DNA of 64,000 bases, taken from the NCBI GenBank assembly GCA_050273025.1, contig CP158636.1, positions 8,680,001 to 8,744,000 on the forward strand, in the 5' to 3' direction. The translations under genes and the position numbers were made by a program. The notes under the pieces are model-generated. The model saw only the letters and a program-made list of their open reading frames with translations, did not search any database and was not told the DNA's origin. The first letter of the stretch is position 1. Every line of letters starts with the position of its first letter. Below are positions 39,701-52,439 of this stretch, one piece after another. This DNA comes from Cenococcum geophilum. Lineage: Eukaryota.

Positions 39701-42700
39701 AGGACCCCCTAATTAAATTATTTATAACGTAAAAAAGAACTTCTTATTTATAGAGTTTTAATAATAGATAAAGGCAATAGTAATTAAGGTTAAGGAAGTC
39801 CCTATTAAGGCATATAATAATATTAAAAAAGTGGAATAATATTACGCGCCATTACGCCGCGTATATAAGATTATCTCTTTAGAACTAAAGGACGCTAGTA
39901 AAGAACTTACCTTATAAATAGCTATTAAAGCTATTAATAATTCCGCTAGTCTAGATGGACTTATACCTATATTACTAGTCTTTAGCGCCTACCCTTAAAT
40001 AACTAACAATTCTCTACTATCTCCCTTTGTTATATAATAAGCTGAGGCTATTTACAAGGTAATAAAGAAGGTGCGACGTCTCTACGCTATACGCTAGGTT
40101 AATAATATACTAGGAATAAGAAATGGCCTAAATACCTTAACTATGCTTAATCTATCACTTTAGTCTAAGGTACGCGTATAGCGTAAAAAGGGAGAATAGT
40201 TAGGCCCATACTAACTTATTATAATTAATAGTTAAACTTATACTATTTAGATGCCTTATAGACCTACTTAATTCTATTTAACTATTATTAAGCCTTACTA
40301 TAAAGATAATAATTCTGAGCCTTTATAGGATACCCTAAAAGATACCTTAGAAGAAAACCACGATTAATATACTCTAGAAGGCGACTACAATCCCGATATA
40401 ATTATAGTAGATATACCACAACTATAACGCGGTAGAGGTCACCTAAAGGAATTATAAAATCGCTAACATCTTATTAATTTTAAAGAATAATTTGTTGCCG
40501 CCATTAAGAATAAAGTTAAGTTATTAATAGCCTTTATAATAGCTAAGGAGAAGGCTGACTTTAAACTTATAAAATAGCTCTAAAAGGAAGGTTATATTAT
40601 AACTCTAAGAGCTCCTTTCCAAGTATCTAATAAGTAGGAGATTGATAGTCTTATTATAAGAGGAGTCATTAAATTTAAGAAGTATAACCCTACTAAGTTC
40701 GATAAAGTTCGCATCTTTAAGTTAAGAATGGTTAATAAGATTAAGGGCAAAGCTACTAACGCCCTATTTAAGAAATTAAGGCTTATTATTTAAGGCTATA
40801 ACGATAATAGTAAGGAGGTAATTTTTACGTAGTCTCCTATAATTTAATAAGCTAGTTAGCGAGTTATTATTGCGCTAGCTTTCTCCTTAATAAAGAATAG
40901 AATAGCGGTTTATTTATAAGATATTACTTAAGCCTATACCTAATTAGAGACGCACCTTTAGCGCTTAATATTAGTATACCTTTTAGAGCAAATTCGCCAC
41001 CAATATCCTAAAGATATAATTATAGTTATGCTTAAGCCATTATATAGGATCGTAGAGGTAGAAACTTACTAGTGGGCTACCTATAGTAAGTACTATAAAG
41101 AGAAGCTTTTAATAACTACTTCTATATTTAATCCCTGCTTCCTTATTATAACTATAGGAACTCTATTTAGAATTATTAGTATATAAACTAATAATATAAT
41201 TATCTTAGGAGACGACTAATTCTTAGCTCTTAAAGAAAACAAGCTAGTAAAGGCAAATCTTATAGTAAAGCTAAAGGAAAAGCTTAGTTTAATAACACTA
41301 TTACTCTTTAATAGATATATCCTCTCCCTAAATAAGGATTCTATTACTCTACGCTAGAAGGGTTAAGGCAAGAAAATTAATATTATTAACGCTAATTCTT
41401 TAAAGCAAGGATATGTAGAGTAACGCGCTCGCGGAGTTTATATTACTTCTATCTATTAACCTAAGGCTTTATTTAATCTCTCTATTGCCGCCTAACACTA
41501 GGAACCAACTAAGGATAATATCCTTGCCCTAAATAAGCGTCTTTTTTAGCAAATAAACTATCTTAATTAGGGACTACTCTATATACCTATTAATCTTCCT
41601 ACCACTAAGCTCTTTATATTTATTAATAGATTATTTATAAATAATAAAGATTTTAGCTCCTAGTTAGAATATAAGATTATTATTACAAACGAATTTACTA
41701 GAGAGAATAACTTTATAATCTATAGTAATCTTATTTATTAGAGCTTAACTAAGAGCAAGCGCATTACCTAAAGTGTTTTAGCGTTAGAGATATATAGAAT
41801 AGTTAGCGAAGTTAATATAGCAATTATAATTGGAACTACCCTAAAGATAATTATAGATTAACTCAAACTTTCTATTATCCCTATAATTATATACACCGAC
41901 TTATATTCCCTTTATAAGTATTTAGTTAAGCTTAGTACTATAAAGGAGAAGCGCCTTATAATTAATATTATAGTACTTTAGCAATCCTATAAGCGTTAAG
42001 AACTCTTTAAAATTTAATGAATTAATGGCTAAGATAACCTAGTAGATATAATAACAAAGGCGAACCTAAATAAGGCACTAGAGACATTTATTAATATAAA
42101 TACTCTATATATATAAATTAAAGGTTAGGTTAAAAGGGAGTCCTTAGAAATTTCTTAGTTATATAAGGTCTTAAGATATCTAGGAACTTTAACCGGCGGT
42201 TAAAGTTATCTAATTAGTTAGATTCTCTTGCTAAGACTTTTTAGAGCATAATATTCTGTAAACCCTAACTTAACCTAGCCAATTAGGATTTTTTATCCCT
42301 AGGATAGAAAATTGCTATTAGCTCGCTTACTACTAGCGCCTTAGCGGCCCTCTAAATAAGATATCTACCTATAACTCCTAAGTAAGAAAGCACCACGTAC
42401 TAAGAGGCAAATTTTAAAATAGCGAGACTTATATTACAATGGTAATAGTAAGTAAGGAGAATTAATATTTGCTACGCTAGTTAAGCGGTATATATATATA
42501 TAGATAGCAACCATAAAAGAAGAGTTGCTAGTATTAGGAATAAAGGTAAGTGGTTACCATATAAGGCAAATTGCCATTATAGGTGGCAAGTTACCATTAT
42601 GGGTGGCAAGTTGCCGTTACGTGCGGCAAGTTGCCGTTACATATTGCCGCGGTAGTAGCGTAGCGAGGAGCCTTAAGCTCCTCGCCCTCCCTAACATATA

Positions 42701-42766
42701 CAATAATAACAATTATTATACTATCTACGAACCGTAGCTACGTGATATCCCCTTATATAACCAACA
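30736..42766 (+). mobile_element. Ty1/copia LTR retrotransposon, full length, RIP-inactivated
   Basis: LTRs at 30736-30950 and 42532-42766. TSD ATTTA. Zinc knuckle CYICKKPNCWS.RH (~38570), protease LDTGAAGVS (~38975), then integrase, RT and RNase H in copia order. Confidence 0.93.
32203..38092 (-). mobile_element. Ty3/gypsy chromovirus LTR retrotransposon nested in the copia gag, RIP-inactivated
   Basis: LTRs at 32203-32432 and 37877-38092. TSD CTAAC. PPT complement ttacccccccctcc next to the left LTR. RT motif AYLD(D) (~34965), RNase H, integrase, and chromodomain KYRVSWKGY...STWYP (~32650-32700). Confidence 0.95.
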
Positions 42767-42771
42767 ATTTA

Positions 42772-44240
42772 GGCGCCGGTATTATATATATAACCACTCT
42801 ATAGACATTTGGAAGATTAATACCAATCCCAATAGCCTTTATAGCAAAAATAATTTAAATCTTAAAAGATTCTACTAGTTTCCTAAACTTATCTAGTATT
42901 AACTATTTACTAAATAATAAGGTTATTTAATAGAATACGGCTATAATTAAGCGGGTAATATTCTTAGTATATTAAGCTAAATATAGCTACTATAGGTATT
43001 TAGATATACTTCTATACGCCTTTATAGCTTAGACTCTAGTATTAAAGAATATAATAGTCTTTAGAATCTTATACGGAGTAGCTAAGCGGCTCCCTCCCTA
43101 AAAGACGGCAGGATTAATATATATTTTAATAGTTAGAAAATTAATAGCCTTATTAAAAAGGAAGCGGAGTAAGGTATATTTAGCAATTATATCCTTTAGT
43201 ATTTAGCTAAGATAAAAGATAAGCTCTTTATAGGAAATAGAAGTCTGCTTAAGGTATATATTAGTATTATTAAAGCCTAAGGACTTCTTTACTATTTTTA
43301 ACGTTTCTAGATTAAAAGTTATAAAATAGGTAAACTATAAAACCAAGCTTCCAATTAGATTGCGTATATAGCGTAGCTACGTATACTTAGGGTAAAACTT
43401 CTTACCCTATTATATAATAAGATAAGCTTTATTAATAGCGACTAAGGCTAATTACTTCTTAAACTTAGGGTCTTTAAGTAGATTATGGAAAGATAGTATA
43501 CTAGTAAGCTTAGGACTAATAAAGATATAAGTATATAGGCCGGCTTTTACATTCTTAAGCGCTTTATTTATATCCTTAACGTTAGCGTTAAGGAGCAGCG
43601 TATTACCACTAATTTAATTAACCTTTTAAACTTACTCTTTTGCAATCTTATTTAGAGGAAGAAATATTAGCAATATAGTATTTTTATAAAGAATTAAAAT
43701 TACTTATATAATAAGGCTTTTACTAAAGCCGGTTTATATAATAAAGATAATATTAATGCAATTATAGATTAGCCTCCGAATATAGGTTACCTACTTATTT
43801 TTTATATAGAATTCGTTACCATATAGCAGTAATATAGTACCCTAAATTACGTTATCTCGTACTTAAGTTATTATATTAGGCTTCTTTTTGTCTTAGATTT
43901 TTCTCTAAGCTTTAGCTACTTATATCTTTAGTATATCCTAATAGGCTAAGCTAGTAGAGAGTTAAGATATTTATAGATCTATCCGCAGTAACTAAGGAGC
44001 TTTACTATCTGCTACTAGTAACTAAAATGCCTTATTATTAGTATGTTACTTTTTAAAGATATTTACTGTACTAATAGTATTATTTACTACCTCGCTAGCA
44101 GTATAAGGACAGTTGCGTACTATACTAGACGTATATTTAACTTTTAGCTTCCTTATTAAGGCCTTTAAGCGTTTCTTTATACTAAATAGTAGTATATAGC
44201 TTATTAGTAAATATAAAGTCGGTAGGGGGTTTATATGTTA
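42772..44240 (-). pseudogene. RecQ-like SF2 helicase, 5' part
   Basis: De-RIP motifs: motif I TGFGKSL (~43720), motif II VAIDEAHLV.QWGKKFRPEY.QL (~43380-43445), motif V IIFATEAIGIGINLPDV.RVV.Y (~42790-42860). Confidence 0.85.
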
Positions 44241-44424
44241 ACATCTAGGTAGCACAGGTAGCAAAGGAGCAACAAAGCAGGTAATAAGGTATAGAATTAA
44301 TCTAAATATAATATATTAGCTATTTAGGTATTTATCTACTATAAATATTAATATAGGAGGTTAAATATTAAGGATTGGTGATAGTTAATAGCTCTAGCTA
44401 AATATTTACTGTTTTAGCGGTAAT

Positions 44425-44975
44425 ATTTAAGGCAAAACGTAGTAGTAACCACTAGGCCATCTATAATAATTTTAGTAGCGTTAAAATCGCCTTATAAAGC
44501 TCTAGAATATAATATTAGCCAATTATCTATAAAGGCGTTAGTTTATTATTAATTAATAGTAGTAGGGTTTTAGGTAAAGCTTTAAAGGGGAGACCCGCTT
44601 ATTTAAGGCGAAATATAGCAGTAGCTACTAGGCCGTTTATAATAATTTTAGCAGCGTTAAAATCGCCTTATAAAATCTAGAATATAATATTAGCTGATTA
44701 TTTATAAAGGTGTTAGTTCGTTATTAATTAATAGCTAAAAATTTAGTATGGCGCGCGAGTTTATATAAAAATTATATATAAATTAGCGTAAGGGACGAAT
44801 AAATTTCCGAACTATATACTAGATAATAATAATATAAGATAATTAATCTATTATATAAGTAGCTTATAATTAGCTAATTATTTAGGACCGAGATAATACC
44901 AGATGACAATAATATAAGATAATTAATCTATTATATAAGCAGCTTGTAATTAGCTGATCGTCTAGGACCGAGATA
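44425..44975. repeat. Subterminal direct repeats: ~135 bp pair (44425-44560 / 44601-44735) and ~75 bp pair (44821-44895 / 44901-44975)
   Basis: Directly visible duplicated strings. Confidence 0.85.
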
Positions 44976-44977
44976 AG

Positions 44978-45382
44978 TTTTATTACTTATCCGGTAATAT
45001 TAGTTATCTAGTAGCCCTAAAAACTACCAAAAAGTGGAAAAACTGCACCTTAATATCTTAACAACGGCTTAATAATAAATTCCGAAATTTTATAATTAGA
45101 CTTTTATACCTATTTTAAACCTCTTATTAGATTTAAAAAAAATTATTAAATAGCTCTAAAAATATCGCAATTTAGCTTAAAATTGGGGGCTAAAACCCAA
45201 TATTTTAATAATGGCCAGGCTTATTACATTAGAACTTTATTAAAAGTCTTAATATAGGTATAAAAGGCCAATTATAAATTTTTGGAATTTATTATTAAGC
45301 CGTTGTCGAGATATTAAGGTGCAGTTTTTCCACTTTTTGGTGGGCTACCGGATGACTGATATTACCGGATGAGTGATAAAAC
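44978..45382. repeat. Long inverted repeat with ~140 bp arms
   Basis: ccaaaaagtggaaaaactgcaccttaatatct..acaacggcttaataataaattcc pairs with its reverse complement at 45283-45340. The outer arms also pair. Confidence 0.9.
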
Positions 45383-45385
45383 ACG

Positions 45386-45986
45386 TTACCTCAGCGAGCT
45401 CAGACGTGAATTTGATTGGAGCGGATGTTCCTTTGACCCGTCAATAAGTTGACTAACATCCACCAAAATCACGTCTGAGAGCGTTTGGCGAGTTTTGTTA
45501 AAAGCATAAGCAAAAATCTTAGTTTTGGCAATTTTATAAGGGGATTTCCTCCATAATATAATAAAATAAAGTCTCTAAAAGTTAATATATAAATTTTAGG
45601 GGGCTACTTTATATATTAAAGGGCTTTAAATTATATTATCCCCTCCCAAATCTAAGATTAATTTCGTTAAAGTTAAAATTCCTATTATTAAAAGCATAAG
45701 CACTTTTTGTATAGGCCCGTACGGGCCCATATAAAAATATAAAAAGCCTAAAATCTTATAATCTATAGAGCTCAATCTCCTAAGTAATTTGATATAATTT
45801 TTACCTTAAAATATGTTGTGAGGATATTGATTAATTTTGTTAGGGTTTATGAGTTTTCCTTACTAAAAAAGCTTGTGTTTCCATACAAATCTCGCCAAAG
45901 TGCCTCAGACCAAGAAATCGATCAAATATCCGAAGGAGATTAGCGCGCCAGCGCAATCGATTTCTTGGTCTGAGCTTCTGAGGTAA
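45386..45986. mobile_element. Non-autonomous DNA transposon (MITE) with a 9-11 bp TSD
   Basis: TIRs TTACCTCAG..AGCTCAGAC / GTCTGAGCT.CTGAGGTAA. TAAAACACG is duplicated on both flanks. Inner inverted repeats include tttggcgag / ctcgccaaa. Confidence 0.85.
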
Positions 45987-46191
45987 TAAAACACGTTAGT
46001 CTGAGCATGCTGAGTCAAGTCAATCCCGCTTTAACTACTACGAGCACCTTATACATCGCCACGGACCTTTAGAAGTGCCTTGCACGGGCGCACCTACCAT
46101 ATACTTGTCCATGCGGGCTTGACAGCTTGCTTATTACCAAGTTTGAATATATTTTACATCGGTTGCTTGTAGACTCTAATTGAAATACTAC

Positions 46192-46335
46192 TATCCCTTA
46201 ACCCGCTGGTGTCCAGAGCTTATCAATAAAGATTAGACCGTGCACGAACACTAGAACACTAGAACAAAGGCTAGCCACCTGATTGGCTAGTACTTATCGA
46301 TAACTTCTGGATGCAAGCCAGCGGGTTAAGGGATA
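46192..46335. mobile_element. Small MITE (TATCCCTTAACCCGCTGG...CCAGCGGGTTAAGGGATA)
   Basis: Perfect 18 bp terminal inverted match including TA. A related half copy lies at 60636-60701. Confidence 0.75.
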
Positions 46336-46366
46336 AACTTTTTGAATATAGTACTAGAAAATTGGT

Positions 46367-48819
46367 TTAGATGATGTAAGAAGCCGTGGAGATTAGAGTA
46401 CTGCCAATAAATTTGACAGAATCTAAAAGACTAATTGCAGATTCTCCGTGTACTTGGAACACGTTTTGGAATTCTGCGAACCGCCACTCATCAATAATTT
46501 CCGTGGCATTGTAGCCGACTTCCTCGAGAGCATCAGCCCACACCTCAAGCAAACCCTCAGCCGCGGCAATATCTGTAGCTGTTCGTGATCCTGTGCCTCC
46601 GGTTTTCCATAGCGCTTTGCATGAGCAAGTTCCCAACGGATCCTCACCATTCTGAAGCAGAAGCACGAGCATGCGGTGCAGGTGTTGGCGTAGTGGCTTA
46701 CGTCTTGATTTCTTACATTCAAAGTACTTTGAATTCCGAAGTAGTGCAAATAACAAATGGCTTGGGGTTTCTGGACAGAAACATGTTATATCTCGATAGG
46801 GCGTTGATAGTTGATGTGGCTCCCATTCTTTCATAGCAAAGATTCTTGCTTTTATGCTTTCGTCACCACCGGTGCACAGATATGCCAAAACCTCAAATCG
46901 TTGATCAACGGCTCTTTGCCACGTCTTGTCCGAGGTACTCGTTAGTGTAACCGTGTCTTTGACCATCAGGGTATAGAAAACGTAGTCCGGGCATTCGAAA
47001 ACAATCTCTTCAAGGCCTGAATATTTCTCTTGAAACAAGTAAGAAAAGTCCAGGGGCGGTACCGTTTGGCCACTCGCGGACGCAGTCCACAGTTTCCTTA
47101 ATATTTTTGGATCATCAAAGGGATCTCGTTGCGCAGCCGCAAGACAAAGTCTGCCAATGGCGTCGAGGACCTCAATCGTATGTTCTTCATGAGTAATCAT
47201 ACCGAGAGCGTCCACTATCGTGTACTCAATCGAGTAGTAGTCATAAGCATCCAAAAACTCCCCCATGAAAGGAACGGGATCGGCGCCTTCTGTAATGAGA
47301 AACTGGATCACCTCCAGAGCCTTATCAATTGGTTTGGAAACATGGGTATCATACCTGCACCAGTTCAACGCATGTCCCAGAAGCGTCGCGCCAGCAGAGT
47401 CGACGTCAAAAGGGGATGCCTGTCGGTATTGGAAAAGTTTTTGAAGCGCCACAACATCTCGCTCCAAGCAAGCCTGTATGACCATCGAGTCGTCGGGAAC
47501 AACGTTGTAGCAGCGGAGACCTGGCATCCAAGATATTGCGTTGCCACTGTGTAAAACCTTGTCGAAAGTCACCGTATAACCGCGAGACGAGAGCCACCGG
47601 AAGGGAAGCAATGTTATTGTAACCTGGATTATACCGGTATTTTTTTCACCGCTATTGGTAGCAGGCGAATCGTGAGAGAGAATCTTAGTTGTCTTTGTTT
47701 GCAAGAAGCCGATAGGGAATGGTATTGTCCTGCAGAATGTCCTCGTCTGAGCAGGGATTGAAGACTTCTGCAGAGGTGATAAATCGCCCTTGGCACCCTG
47801 TCTGGAGAGAGCGCGAAGTTTTTCCTCGGATCTCCCAAAGGCTATGGGCTGTCTTTGTTGTCTAGGGGACGAAAGTTTTGGAAGTTGTGGACTGTCTAGC
47901 CCGTGTGATGGTTGGACAGGAGAGCCTTGAGTGTTGCTGAAATGAGGCGTCTTCATAAGAGAGTTTTTACTCTCATTATAAGCTAGTCTACGACCTGAGT
48001 AGCATTTTGGTAATTGTAGCCTAGTTTCAAATTCTGCAAAATGAAGGCCAGCGAGCGTGTTTGCCATACAGCGTTGAAAACCTTGTTCAATCATTACGGG
48101 CACGTCTGAAGCCAGTTTCTGCGTCACCTGGTCGACTCTCTTCAGAATCTCGGTGGCATTCTCAACCCCTTCCTCGATTCGGAGAGTGGTGGTGTAAGTG
48201 TTCTCTGTTACTACTGAGTTGGAAGAGAGGCTTGTAGTGATTCTATTCAAAGATTGTTCGACATGATTCGCGTGGGCGGCTTGCCTACGTTGCATACCAC
48301 TTGCAAGAAATTAGTATGGCTTATTTTACGGTGACTCCGAAGGAATTAACCTGCTCAAAAGGTGTTTAGAACATACTCGGTCATCTGAATCTGGAGACCG
48401 CCCAGAGCAGTTGTGAGGGAAGATTTTGCCCGTTCTAATCTTTTGGTGTGTTCCTCGAGATCTGATCTTTTGTCGCTTGCAACGACTTGTTTCCATAATT
48501 TTTTTGCGCCCCCATCAATCATAGAGAAGTCATATTTGCTTAGAATGTCCGACAAAGCCTCTGCATGGGTGAAACAATGTTCAACTGTCACAGTGAAACT
48601 GCGTGCTGCTTCCGGGCTTATGTGTGCCGGATCTATAGTTGACAGTTGGAGTAGTGTGCTCTCAAGGACTTGGAGCTCATGATTAAGATTCTTGATGAGT
48701 CGTGGAGCGCCTTTGATGTCTTTGAAGACTCGGCGAATATACGAAATGCCTTGAGCAGCTTGGCCAGCTATGCCAACAAACGATGCCGCCGCACTCAGCA
48801 CACTCAGGGGATCGGCCAT
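46367..48819 (-). CDS. Protein with a fungal STAND N-terminal (HeLo-like/SesA-like) domain and a degenerate ankyrin-like region; 2 exons (48819-48377, 48299-46367), ~790 aa
   Basis: N-terminus MADPLSVLSAAASFVGIA..IKGAP..I..L..EL..L. The GTATGT..CTAAT..AAG intron joins the two ORFs in frame. The ASPFDVDSAGATLL segment is ankyrin-like. Confidence 0.8.
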
Positions 48820-49957
48820 GAAGCATGAATGGGAAAGAAATTTGAATTAAAATTTTAAAAATTTGCACTGCTTTAGTTAAAATCAATACGAAGGGAAGGA
48901 GATCGATACATAATGGCATATGAGTGATCACTTCGGTGCGGCGCAGCTACAAATGCAGGGGTCGAGCAAAGCCTCATAGGACGTACTCGCTGGAAGCACC
49001 AGGAAGCAAATAGCCAGGCACAGCCATCTTCACCTTGGTTGACTGGCCTGGGGATATATTCCTGACGCACCGGGTCGCATCTAGGCTGCCGATACGAAGA
49101 GTGTGCGCTGGGTTAGCTTATTCCGGGGCAAGTGGCAAAATCTGGTGGATGGGATCGATCGCGTTGGAGTTGTGGCTGAGGGTTGGGCGGCAAGCAGGCG
49201 CCCATCGTATCGCCCGTGACACATGAATCTTTGGAGAGGTTTTGAATAAATTCAGCATCGTTAGACCATCTGGATGTAGAACTGCCATAAACTTATCTTC
49301 GTGAAAATGATTTGAGACCTTAGCCGCGTCGTTCGGTTGGAGGTTACGAAACCGTTCTCGTTTTCACGTTCCTCAGTCCTCAACAGCAGTAGTCTCAATT
49401 ACCAGCATCATGACGGCTTCAAGGCAATATTGTGGACGAACTTTTAAGATTAGCTTTACGACCCCCGCGGTTGAAATAAACAAGCATTCTAGCGTGACAG
49501 TGATTTTACGTTAACGCACATGTTTGGTACCGGGTGGAATGGTATGAAGCTATCCTCATTTTAGGCTTAGCGGAAGCATTCTGAAGCCTGGAATATTATC
49601 CCAACCCATGGCATCCAGCAGATAAACCGGAAAATTCCCTATGAATCTTGTGGATGTCCCCTAGATATGGTGTCTCTAAGTGAAGACGTTACGCCAAACC
49701 TAGACTATCCCTGTTCCCTCCATCTTTCGTTGTCCTCACTGCGGACGATGGAGGCACGGCGAAAGCAGACTTCGATGCTGAGTACTCTTCTGGTCCCTAG
49801 CCCATCTCGTTTCATCACCACTCCCTTCATTGCTATTTCAGCGCCATATTCAGCTGCTGGTTGGTATGTGTTACTCCAAAGCATCGGTAGATCAAATTTT
49901 ATGGTCGGAATCTTTCCCTCTTAGAAGCATCCAAGCGGGGCATGCATACGTCACTAT

Positions 49958-50855
49958 TCACTTCAGTACTAGTCTTTCAAGGTCCTTTTCTACAACTGGC
50001 AACAGTTCTGTCAACCTGTTCGGGTCCCTCATGAGTGCAGGGACATCTTCTCTGGTTTTCGCCAACTCTTCTTTTACAACTCCGAACTTCTCCTCTCGTG
50101 CAGTGTACTCCCTAATTACCTCTCCCGTTGTAAACTCCACAAAGACCCTAGTATCCCTGATACGAAATATGACGTCGTCTAGGCGCATGAAGAAGCGGCA
50201 GAGGAGGAGTAATCTCGCTGGCATAACGCGGATCTTACAGGACAGCATAGCGATGCCATTGTCTGCTAGCTCATCTTCGTAAAGTACGACATCATCGAAG
50301 AAAAGGATAGGGTCAGGACGTTTGAGGAGGGCAAGCGGGATGGGTTTGTCAGTTGGGGTAAAAGAGAGAGAGGCGGGTATGGTAGTGCCTTTGTAATCTG
50401 TGCTGTATGACCAGTCGAAAGGTTTAACGACTTCTTTGATGTCTTCGAATTGCTTGGAGCTTGGTGGGTTAGCTACATACCATAATGACTCTCACCTGTC
50501 TCGAAGACAGCGATGGTATTTAGAGAGAGAAAGCCTACCGATTCTGCTGCCATTCTCTTGAGTAAGAGACTTTCAGCATTGCTTCTCCAGTTTTGTCTAC
50601 GCGATCTAATGCATCGAATGCATTAAAGTCAATTTTCCAACCACTCGCCAGGTGTTCAATATGCATGAAATTGTCGCCGAAAATCATCTCCGGTGGTGTA
50701 ATCCCCAGCTTCTCAGTCATTTCTTCGATAGGTCCGGCCTTCAAAATAGGTAGCTTGCGCGTGATGACCCTGAACCCATTCTGGGTAATGGATGCGTCGG
50801 CGTCAGGGTCAGGAAGAGGAGATTTGGGCATCACGCCGTTGAACTTCGACGTCAT
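49958..50855 (-). CDS. TIP41: Type 2A phosphatase activator TIP41/TIPRL
   Basis: Motifs PEMIFGDN, KPFDWSYSTDYKGT, LYEDELADNG, RFFMRLDDV. One intron at ~50461-50538. Confidence 0.93.
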
Positions 50856-51136
50856 TGTGCCTGAGGTGAGAACTGCAGGTTAGAAAAGAAGTTAGAAAAG
50901 AAAATTCGCACCAACAGCTGCGTCGGGATGGATGGAGGGATCCTGAGTCGCGGGGAGATTTCGGAATGGGATTCGTCGATCGTTGCGCGTGGCAACCGCC
51001 GACTCGTTTATTTACTCCCGAGCACTTCTGACAACCCCAACCTTGACGACATCAGGTCAAACTGCAATCTGTACGGGTGAGAACTTTGAGCTTCTATCAT
51101 TTTATTTACTAGCCATCTTCACCCACTCCTCGCATC

Positions 51137-52439
51137 ATGGACGTCATTGAAACCGCATTCGAACGGATTACCGTTACTGATGAGAATGACGACCAAATTG
51201 TCACGACTACGACTTATCACAAGTCGAAAGTAAGATCCTAATGTTCAATCATGCCAATTGAGTCCCGACTAACTTTAGTAAAGGGCTCCCTCTCCGCTGC
51301 AATGACAATATCAGGCCTGGGTTCTTCTACAAGCGCCAACCGGATGAAACTCCCTCTCCAGAAAATCCAAAACACAAATTCATCCAAACCTCTAAACACT
51401 ATTACCAAAGTTACCCTTCCATCCCAAGCTGCACAGCAACATCGTGACCAGAATCCTCGTTCATCCGACGAAATATCTCACCGTCGTACTGAGAGTCTCT
51501 ACCCTCAACCTTCCGCTCCGAAGCAATTCCATCTCGGCATGTTTGAAATCGGTAAGCCACTCGGAAAAGGAAAATTCGGACGCGTGTACCTCGCCAAAGA
51601 ACGTTCGTCAGGCTTTGTCTGCGCCCTGAAAGTTTTGCACAAGAACGAACTGCAACACAACAAAGTCGAGAAGCAGGTGCGCCGTGAGATCGAGATTCAG
51701 TCCAACCTTGCACACCCAAATATCCTGCGGCTATACGGCCACTTCCACGATGCTAAGCGCATCTTCCTGATCCTTGAGTTTGCGGCTAAAGGCGAGCTGT
51801 ACAAGCACCTGCGCCGCGAGCAGCGTTTCCCGGAATGGAAGGCTGCACAGTACATCGCTCAGATGGCGGCCGCGCTCAAGTACTTGCACAAGAAGCACGT
51901 CATCCACCGCGACATTAAGCCCGAGAACATTCTTGTCGGCATCCACGGCGAAATTAAGATCTCGGATTTTGGGTGGAGTGTGCATGCGCCGAACAATAGG
52001 CGACAGACCATGTGTGGAACGCTGGATTATTTACCGCCAGAGATGCTTAAGGGCGGCTCCAAGGAGAACTACTATAGTGAAAAGGTCGATTTGTGGAGTT
52101 TGGGGGTGTTGACGTATGAATTTTTGGTGGGAGAGGCACCGTTTGAGGACGAGCAAGTTATGACCCAGAGGAAAATTGCTAGAGGCGAGTATAAAGTGCC
52201 TGGGTTTGTCAGCCCGGAAGCGAGAGATCTCATTAAGAGGGTGAGTGAAGTTCCGTATCGAGTTTGTAAGAGAATGAGACTAACAGATATTCTAGTTACT
52301 TGTTCTTGATCCTGAGAAGCGTATCCCGCTTGAAGACATCCAACAACACCCTTGGATCGTCAAGCATTGCGTTAAGGGCGAAAGAGCTTATATGCGTGAC
52401 TCAAGCAAGATGAGGAGTAGCGGTGATAGAGAGAGCTGA
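51137..52439 (+). CDS. IPL1: Aurora kinase (Ipl1/Ark1)
   Basis: Motifs [57 protein letters not shown]. Introns at ~51230-51283 and ~52241-52294. Confidence 0.95.

Larger units (their letters stand above)
1..45900. other. AT-rich, RIP-mutated repeat/accessory compartment
   Basis: Excess of TpA, depletion of CpA/TpG, and TAA/TAG stops where CAA/CAG/TGG codons are expected. There are almost no long ORFs, in contrast to the sequence after ~46,350. Confidence 0.95.

Noticed and set aside
4047..42737. Short ORFs from the ORF track inside the AT-rich block
   Set aside because: They are chance stop-free remnants of RIP-mutated genes or TEs, rich in Ile/Leu/Tyr and often in the wrong frame or strand. 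They are not functional CDSs.
42772..44240. Host SGS1/RecQ ortholog
   Set aside because: It is RIP-mutated, compact, lacks the long Sgs1 N-terminus and is embedded among terminal-type repeats. It is more likely element-borne.
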